In this document: piece by piece, positions 57,735 through 64,000 of the stretch | Numbering within the stretch: position 1 is the stretch's first letter | Layout: every line of letters begins with the position of its first letter | The notes under the pieces: generated by a model | The model's database searches: none | Told to the model about the DNA's origin: nothing | The model's input: only the letters and a program-made list of their open reading frames with translations | Position numbers and translations under genes: made by a program | Source: Rubripirellula sp. | GTDB taxonomy: Bacteria; Planctomycetota; Planctomycetia; Pirellulales; Pirellulaceae | Direction: 5' to 3' | Assembly (NCBI GenBank): GCA_965216875.1 | Contig: OZ244207.1 | Coordinates: 5,536,001 to 5,600,000, forward strand | Length of the DNA: 64,000 nt

Positions 57735-58910
57735 ATGAAACACCCACGTCTCACGCGTCCGACCGCGTTCCTACTTCGCTCATTGCTCTTAGTTGCTGCC
57801 GCGATCGGTTACCAGGGCTCAGCGCCAGGCGAGGATTCTTCGTTCATCAAGTTGCAAGAAATTGAGGGTCGCACTTGGCTGGTCGACTCCAAGGGAAAAC
57901 CCTTCTTCGCGCATGGCATCACGCACTCAAGCAACAACCGCGCAGCGTTTGGGTTTACCGAATTCTCAACCGCTTGCAAACGTCTTGGGTTCAACGCATA
58001 TGGCTACGGTTGCCCGCCGCAATTGCGAGGCGACATGCCCTACATCGAAAGCTGGAATCACCTCGTTCCGATTTCAACCTATCGCGGCAAAAAGGGCGTG
58101 AAGTTTGTCGACGTCTTCGCCCCGAAAGTGCAAGCCAAACTTGAAGCAGGAGTGAAAGCCAACTGCGCACGCAATCGCAACAGCCATCACAACGTGATCG
58201 GCTACTGCTGGACGGACCTGGGCGCTTGGCCACTGGAAAACCCACTGGGCACAAACTGGGTCGATTTCATCCGCGACCTTCCGGATAACGCCCCTGGCAA
58301 AGCAGCCTACGACGCATTTCTGAAGACGTGGGATGGCGAAGATGAGACGGCGCGTGACCAAGCGTTCCTACGCCTCATTGCCCGTGAGTACTTTCGCGTG
58401 GTTGGCCGGGCCAATCGCAAGTATGCGCCCAATCACTTGATCTTTGGTGATCGCTTCGCATTCAACACACTCGATGACGACGTGATCAAGGAAATGCTTC
58501 CCTACGTCGACGCGATCGCGATTCAGCCACCGTTTTGGGGAAGTTTTCCAAAGCAAAAACTTGACGCGGTCCACAAGCTCACCGGCAAGCCGATTCTCCT
58601 TTGCGACTTTGCCATTCGCTTCAAAGATGGTGACGATGTCCGCATGTGGAAGATCTCCGACGACTCGGTCGCCGCCGGCGACGCCTACAGCGACTATGTC
58701 AAAGCAGCACTCCAAACCGACTATGTCATCGGTGTCTTCTGGTGCAACCCCGTCGATACACCGAAAGGATTTGGCAAACAGGAAGTCAAACAAGGTTTCT
58801 TTGGCGACGGCCTCAGCGTTCGCCCCGGTCTCCACGAAGCCGTTCGCAAGCTCAACGTCCACCGCGAAAGAATGACGCCAGAAAAGCTCACTTCCGAACC
58901 TGGAGCTTAG
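57735..58910 (+). CDS. Exported glycoside hydrolase, beta-agarase (GH50/GH86)-like TIM barrel
   Basis: WLVDSKGKPFFAHGI, LGFN, DVFAP, IGYCWTD, YAPNHLIFGDRF and GKPILLCDF motifs. Confidence 0.68.
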   Translation: MKHPRLTRPTAFLLRSLLLVAAAIGYQGSAPGEDSSFIKLQEIEGRTWLVDSKGKPFFAHGITHSSNNRAAFGFTEFSTACKRLGFNAYGYGCPPQLRGDMPYIESWNHLVPISTYRGKKGVKFVDVFAPKVQAKLEAGVKANCARNRNSHHNVIGYCWTDLGAWPLENPLGTNWVDFIRDLPDNAPGKAAYDAFLKTWDGEDETARDQAFLRLIAREYFRVVGRANRKYAPNHLIFGDRFAFNTLDDDVIKEMLPYVDAIAIQPPFWGSFPKQKLDAVHKLTGKPILLCDFAIRFKDGDDVRMWKISDDSVAAGDAYSDYVKAALQTDYVIGVFWCNPVDTPKGFGKQEVKQGFFGDGLSVRPGLHEAVRKLNVHRERMTPEKLTSEPGA

Positions 58911-58970
58911 TTGTTCCACCCGAGGACCTGGTGCACAACACCGAGCGACGACTCGATGAGGAACGCAACG

Positions 58971-60386
58971 ATGAAACGCCGCAGTTTCAACAAAACACTA
59001 ATCGCATCCTTGCTTGCACAGGGTCTACTTGGAAGCAAGGTTGGCTTGAGCGACGAAGCGTCCATCGAGCTCGATCGTTTCGGCGGGTGGAAGGGTAAAA
59101 CCTTTGCAGCATCAGGTGCGTTTCGCACGGAACATGACGGTGAGCGTTGGTGGATGGTCACGCCCGAAGGCAACGCGTTCCTAAGCTTCGGAATCAATCA
59201 CCTGCATTCCGATCTATGGCGGCAAGAATTCAGCCGCGAAGCGTGGAGCGAGAAACTCGGGGTCGAGGACTTCGATGATTGGCCCAAGTTCAACGCGGGA
59301 TTGAGGACTTGGTTCTTGGACACCTGCGAAGAGTGGGGTTTCAACACCGCCGGCGTTCACAACTCGCTCAACGTCATCAACAAACCGACGCCGGCGATCG
59401 CCTACATGCAACCGATCAAGTTCGTCGACATCCCTCACTGGAAAAAGGAGGTTCCCGATTCCAATTTCCTCGACGTCTTCTCGGACGAATTCGCCTCTCA
59501 CTGCGACCGGCTCGCCAAAGCAGCGGCGGCTCCCGAAGATCCGTTCCTGCTCGGATACACAATGACCGATTGCCCTCTGCTGACCGAAGAAGATTGTCGT
59601 GAACGGACCGATGTGATTGGCGGCGCTCGCCGCGCTTCTCGAATCGGTTGGCCTCGCCGGCTGCGCAATCTTGGCGCTCAAGCGGCTGGCAAGCGGGCAT
59701 ACGTCAACTCCATGCGAGAGGTTTACCGCGATGACATTGACGGTTTCAACGCAACCTATGGAACCACATTCGATTCCTTTGACGCGCTGGCCTCAGCAAA
59801 CAATTGGCGTGTCGGCACTCAACTTTCCAATGCAAATGAAACTCGCGACAACGTCGTTTTTCTCAAACAAGTTGTCGACAAGTATTACCAGTCGGCTCAC
59901 GACGCGATTCGCCGCTACGACCCAAACCATCTGTTCCTAGGCGACAAGATCAACGCCAACACCGACACAATGGACACCGTCCTGCCGGTCACCGCCAAAT
60001 ACACCGATGTCGTGCTTTACCAGATGTACGGTCGCTACGAGGTCCAAAAACCGGGTCTCGATCGATGGTCGAAGCTCACCGATCAACCCTTCATCAACGG
60101 CGACTCGGCGTTCACGATGGTCACCCCCTTCATGCCGCGTCCCTACGGCCCCGTTGCTGATAACCTTCAGCAACGTGCCGAGTGGACTGCGGAGTTTTTT
60201 CTGCGTGCCTTTGCAAGAACAGACTTTGTCGGCTGGCACTACTGTGGGTTGATCGATGCCAACCAAAAAGTCCCGCGCAAACAAGCTCGCCAACACTCCG
60301 GCATGCTCAACGAGTTTGGCGAGCCTTACCCGGAACTGCTCAAAGTCATCAAAAACTGCTCCGCCAACCTATACAAAGGAAAGTAG
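58971..60386 (+). CDS. Tat-exported glycoside hydrolase, beta-agarase (GH50/GH86)-like
   Basis: MKRRSF twin-arginine signal; LDRFGGW, RWWMVTPEGNAFLSFG, WGFNT, DVFS, DPFLLGY, RYDPNHLFLGDK and VGWHYC motifs. Confidence 0.72.
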   Translation: MKRRSFNKTLIASLLAQGLLGSKVGLSDEASIELDRFGGWKGKTFAASGAFRTEHDGERWWMVTPEGNAFLSFGINHLHSDLWRQEFSREAWSEKLGVEDFDDWPKFNAGLRTWFLDTCEEWGFNTAGVHNSLNVINKPTPAIAYMQPIKFVDIPHWKKEVPDSNFLDVFSDEFASHCDRLAKAAAAPEDPFLLGYTMTDCPLLTEEDCRERTDVIGGARRASRIGWPRRLRNLGAQAAGKRAYVNSMREVYRDDIDGFNATYGTTFDSFDALASANNWRVGTQLSNANETRDNVVFLKQVVDKYYQSAHDAIRRYDPNHLFLGDKINANTDTMDTVLPVTAKYTDVVLYQMYGRYEVQKPGLDRWSKLTDQPFINGDSAFTMVTPFMPRPYGPVADNLQQRAEWTAEFFLRAFARTDFVGWHYCGLIDANQKVPRKQARQHSGMLNEFGEPYPELLKVIKNCSANLYKGK

Positions 60387-60454
60387 GGTGTGTGCTTGCA
60401 CGCACCGAATCAACCTTCCACCAGATCATTGGTGCGTGCAAGCACACACCCTAC
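60383..60454. repeat. REP-like family D inverted doublet (GTAGGGTGTGTGCTTGCACGCACC)
   Basis: Perfect 24-nt inverted pair (60383-60406 and 60431-60454). Single copies at 40508-40531 and 47669-47692, and a degenerate one at 3264-3280. Confidence 0.87.
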
Positions 60455-60480
60455 GCAAGAGCGTGGCCCGACCTCTGGCG

Positions 60481-61029
60481 CTAGATCTTGCCGTCGAGAC
60501 CCATTTGGTAGTACTTGTGGGTGATTTTGTCTTGGTTTTCGAGCAACCAATCGATCGAGGGTTCGTTGTTCATCGCCTTGTGAATAGCTTGGGCCATCGC
60601 TTTGCGGTGAATCTCGAACAGTGCCTTGTGATCAAGGTTGTCATCGGTCGCGACGCCGGGGTTGAGCCAAACGCTGCAGATGATCCCCAGGTCATTGACC
60701 TTGTGCTTAGGCAAGTCGCCAGCGCGAACGGCGTCCAAGACTCCGTTGGCAATCGCTGCCTGCACGGTGCCCATCAAGATATTGGTGTAGCGTGTGTTCT
60801 TGACCGTGACTTTACTGACGCAAAGAGTCACGGGGCGAACCTGAATGTCGGTGTTCAAGATCGCGAACACTTTCGAGTGGCCAGCTGACTGGTCACCAGT
60901 CAACGTTGCCAGCGCCGTACCGACAGGACCGTCAAGTTCACCGATCACGACTTCGGGTTCGGCGGCTGTAAAGGGAGGCCCCCCTGCGACGAGCGATTCG
61001 CCCGTACGCATGATGATTCGATCAGACAT
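60481..61029 (-). CDS. fae: Formaldehyde-activating enzyme (H4MPT-dependent)
   Basis: GESLV, GELDGPVGTA, GHS, RPVTLCVSKVTVK, GTVQAAIANGVLDAV and EPSIDWLL motifs. Confidence 0.88.
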   Translation of the reverse strand: MSDRIIMRTGESLVAGGPPFTAAEPEVVIGELDGPVGTALATLTGDQSAGHSKVFAILNTDIQVRPVTLCVSKVTVKNTRYTNILMGTVQAAIANGVLDAVRAGDLPKHKVNDLGIICSVWLNPGVATDDNLDHKALFEIHRKAMAQAIHKAMNNEPSIDWLLENQDKITHKYYQMGLDGKI

Positions 61030-61167
61030 ATTGCGTGATTCCTAAAGTGATTCGTAGAGAAGGCCGCAAGCCTACCGAGAGACGAATGACCTTGCAATCA
61101 CGCAAACGTCTGAGCTTTCAGGCCGCCCGGAAGCATCGCCGATGGCCATGGAACGAACCGACGAAGC

Positions 61168-63261
61168 TCACTGATCCTCGGCGGCTTCGTAGGAAACCTT
61201 GCTCACATCGACACGAATTTCTTCGAGTCGCGTTGCGACATCCTCGGGCATCGACTCCTGAAAACGGCCGCCAATTTGAGCTGCCAAGAAGCGTTCGATT
61301 TCGGCATACATCGCCATCCGATTGACCGGTTTGGCAAACCCATGTCCTTCGTCATCGGCCAACAAATAGCTGACGTCATGCTTCTTCTCGCGAAGGGCGA
61401 CAACAATCTGATCGGCTTCGGCCTGCTTCACTCGCGGATCATTCGCTCCTTGAACAATCAGCAGCGGCTTGGCGATCTTGTCAGCACTGAACAAGGGACT
61501 CGCTTCGCGAATCAGCTTCTTGCCTTCCTCGGTTTCGGGGTCGCCCACCATGCCATACAAAAAAGCTCGACCAGCTTCCCAATACGGTGGAATCGATTCG
61601 AGCAAAGTGAAAATGTTGCTCGGACCGACGATGTCGACGCCGCACGCATAGGTTTCTGGCGTGAAGGCCAGACCCGCGAGCGTGGCGTAGCCCCCGTAAC
61701 TACCGCCCATGATCGCAACCCGATCCTTGTCGGCAATTCCCTCGTCAATCAGATGCTTGACACCCCAGGTGATGTCATCTTGCATGAGCTTGCCCCATTG
61801 CAAGTCACCCGCATTGAGAAACTTTTTGCCGTATCCGCCACTCGCCCGAAAGTTCGGCTGCAGCACTGCGTAACCTCGATTGGCCAGGAACTGGACCAGC
61901 GCGTTGTAGCCCCAACCATCGCGCGGTCCTTTTGGGCCACCATGCACCAAGACGACCACAGGCAAGTTCTCTGTTTCACCGCCAAGTGGCATCGTCAAGT
62001 AAGCCGGAATCTCCAAGCCATCACTGCTGGCGTATCGGATCGGCTCCATCGACGCCAACGCCTCTTCGACTTCCTTCAATTCGGGGCGTGGCGTGTATTG
62101 ATGAATCAACTCGCGGGACCGAGCATCAAAGTACCAAGCCTCGGCTGCATACTTGTCGCCATGCACCGCCACCAAGAACTGGCTGTAGTCTTTTGTTGCA
62201 CTTTGGAAGGCGACCTCTCGCCCGGGAAACTTCTCTTGCAAGAACTTGTAGTTCGCTTCCCACGTTTTGTCTCGCCAGTAATACCGAGTCTTGTTCTCGG
62301 TGTAGGACGTAGAAATGACCTCGCGTGTGTTGCGATCGATCCGCAAACCACCAAAGTCAACGCGCCCGTCGGGATCACTCTCGAGCTTTTTCTTTTCCTT
62401 GGTCTCGGGATCAACGATGAAGAGTGTGCTTAGGTCGAGTTCCCCCTTGTTCGTCACCAGATAGAAGTTCTCGTTGGTCGCATCCCAACCACGCACCCCT
62501 GCGTTTTCGGTCACGGATGTCTCGTAGATTGGCACCAACCCGTCTTTGTCTTTGCGAAGCCACGTTGTGTTGCCAGCCGGATCGGTTCGGGTGAGCAAAC
62601 GCAGCGTATCGTCCCAGTCGAACTCGTAACCGGTGATGCGATCTTCGTTCTTGTAGAGCAGCGTCAGTTCACCGGTCGAGATTTTGAGTTGGTAGAGATC
62701 GTGCCAGGCCTTGTCTCGATCATTGAGCCCTACCCACAACAAGTCGGGATCGTTTTGGCTCGCGTGAACGATTTGCGCCCGGACCTCTTTCATCGCCGTC
62801 AGGTTTCGCGACTCAGGAGTCTCCTTGCCCGATGCTGGCGCTGCAGCTGGATCGACGGCGAAAAGGTTGATGTTCTCATCGCCATCGGAATCCTTCACGA
62901 ACAGGATGTACTTACCATCCTCGGTCCACGTGTATCCATACAAGGGTCGAGCGCTGTCGGTCAGAGGGCGAGCGTTTTCGAACGGCTCCGAGAATTCCTT
63001 GACCCAAACATTCATGATTCCTTGATACGGTTTCATGAACGAGATGTATTTGCCGTCCGGGCTCAACTGCCCGGCAGCGATTTGTGGATTCCCAAAAAAG
63101 AGGGAACGAGGCAACAGCGGCACGTCTGATTCTCCGGCTTGCTTGTCAGTGGCCTCGGCTGTGTCCGAAACCTGAGCGCAGCTTATACCCGATCCCGCAG
63201 TCGTTGCCAGCAGCAATGCTGCGGCCGTTGTCCAACGCATGATTTTCATGAATCCGTACAC
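61168..63261 (-). CDS. S9 family (prolyl oligopeptidase/acylaminoacyl) peptidase, exported
   Basis: VHGGP, GGSYGG (Ser), GANDPRV (Asp) and DEGHG (His), with an N-terminal propeller. Confidence 0.93.
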   Translation of the reverse strand: MYGFMKIMRWTTAAALLLATTAGSGISCAQVSDTAEATDKQAGESDVPLLPRSLFFGNPQIAAGQLSPDGKYISFMKPYQGIMNVWVKEFSEPFENARPLTDSARPLYGYTWTEDGKYILFVKDSDGDENINLFAVDPAAAPASGKETPESRNLTAMKEVRAQIVHASQNDPDLLWVGLNDRDKAWHDLYQLKISTGELTLLYKNEDRITGYEFDWDDTLRLLTRTDPAGNTTWLRKDKDGLVPIYETSVTENAGVRGWDATNENFYLVTNKGELDLSTLFIVDPETKEKKKLESDPDGRVDFGGLRIDRNTREVISTSYTENKTRYYWRDKTWEANYKFLQEKFPGREVAFQSATKDYSQFLVAVHGDKYAAEAWYFDARSRELIHQYTPRPELKEVEEALASMEPIRYASSDGLEIPAYLTMPLGGETENLPVVVLVHGGPKGPRDGWGYNALVQFLANRGYAVLQPNFRASGGYGKKFLNAGDLQWGKLMQDDITWGVKHLIDEGIADKDRVAIMGGSYGGYATLAGLAFTPETYACGVDIVGPSNIFTLLESIPPYWEAGRAFLYGMVGDPETEEGKKLIREASPLFSADKIAKPLLIVQGANDPRVKQAEADQIVVALREKKHDVSYLLADDEGHGFAKPVNRMAMYAEIERFLAAQIGGRFQESMPEDVATRLEEIRVDVSKVSYEAAEDQ

Positions 63262-63459
63262 CCCGAATGAAGAGAAATGGAAATGTGCGAGCTTTGTTCG
63301 CCGCGCGACCGAGTTTCTTGGCGACGAGGGTTGAGGACTTGGCCACCGTTGTCAATGCCGGACGTTTTGATGAACCACCATCGCAACATCAGCCGCGCCC
63401 GCAAGATTGTGATGCATGGGACAACCTCAACTCTTTTCACAACGCTGAAACTTAACCCG

Positions 63460-63499
63460 TGCCGGATCTGTGTCGCTGTCGCCCCTTGATCCGGCCTAC
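63460..63499 (-). repeat. REP-like family A copy
   Basis: Reverse complement of the family A consensus, downstream of the comM fragment. Confidence 0.85.
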
Positions 63500-63515
63500 G
63501 GGCCGGCATCGACGC

Positions 63516-63929
63516 TCAAACCCAGAGGTCTCGGTCGAGGGAGCGGTAGGCGATCGCTTCGGCGAGGTGCACGTCTTTGATGTCGGCTTCGCCTTCGACA
63601 TCAGCGATCGTTCGAGCAACCCGCAAGATCTTGTCGTGCGCTCGTGCCGAAAGGCCCATCTCTTCGACACTGTGGCGCAACATCTGCGTGCACGTTTTGT
63701 CGAGCTTGCAGAACGCGCGCACATGTCGGCTGGTCATTTGCGCGTTGTATCGCACAACCAACTCGCTGCCATTTTCGTTTTCAAACCGGTCGGCCTGAGT
63801 CACACGCGCGGCCATCACCTGCTCGCGCATTTGTTCGCTGCTCGTTCCCCCTTTCGACTCGGACGACAGTTCCTCAAACGGCACCGCGGGAACTTCGATG
63901 TGCATGTCAATTCGATCCATGAGAGGGCC
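63516..63929 (-). pseudogene. comM: 3' fragment of a YifB/ComM Mg-chelatase-like ATPase, truncated at the 5' side
   Basis: GPLMDRIDMHIEVP...LSARAHDKILRVARTIAD...HLAEAIAYR is the ComM C-terminus. An in-frame TAA lies 17 codons upstream of the Met, and no frame of 63930-64000 resembles ComM. Confidence 0.8.
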
Positions 63930-64000
63930 GCCACTGTGTGCAACTCCATGGAATTGAATTCGCGAAGATTAGGTGGGGAGTAGCGGCGTAAGGTCCAAGA

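Noticed and set aside
61276..62433. Long antisense ORFs (385 aa here; also 14654-15589, 23975-24832 and 25574-26377)
   Set aside because: They lie opposite well-supported genes, have no motifs, and are expected in GC-rich coding DNA.
63935..64000. GTGTG at 63936 as a group II intron 5' end, or TGT as a proven Tn7 end
   Set aside because: Only about 65 bp are visible. No intron domains or repeated TnsB sites can be verified, so the element type is left open.

Overview
A 64 kb, gene-dense bacterial chromosome segment, most likely from a planctomycete of the Pirellulaceae type. This placement is inferred from gene content: Fae, paired FGE-sulfatase-domain proteins, PQQ-repeat and squalene-cyclase-repeat exported proteins. 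About 50 CDSs and one tRNA-Phe(GAA) can be supported. Housekeeping genes include glnD (partial), glnB, nadD, priA, pdxH, dusB, sucA, purQ and fae. The most striking block is a roughly 14 kb, ten-gene minus-strand operon (12168-26356). It encodes one ExbB/TolQ/MotA, three ExbD/TolR, two paralogous single-pass proteins with TonB-like topology, a squalene-cyclase-repeat/HEAT exported protein, a membrane-anchored PQQ beta-propeller, an orphan family-5 solute-binding protein and a large exported unknown. No canonical TonB, TolA/TolB/Pal, TonB-dependent receptor or ABC permease is present. The right third holds secreted or accessory enzymes, several of them fusions or tandem paralogs. At least four families of GTAG-type REP-like repeats occupy intergenic spaces and several supply gene stop codons. 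At the right edge a comM/yifB gene is cut at its conserved SGP-x-x-DRID motif, suggesting a mobile-element junction. No CRISPR array, rRNA, transposase or integrase was seen. Start codons are estimates and all family calls come from motif recognition by eye, not database searches.
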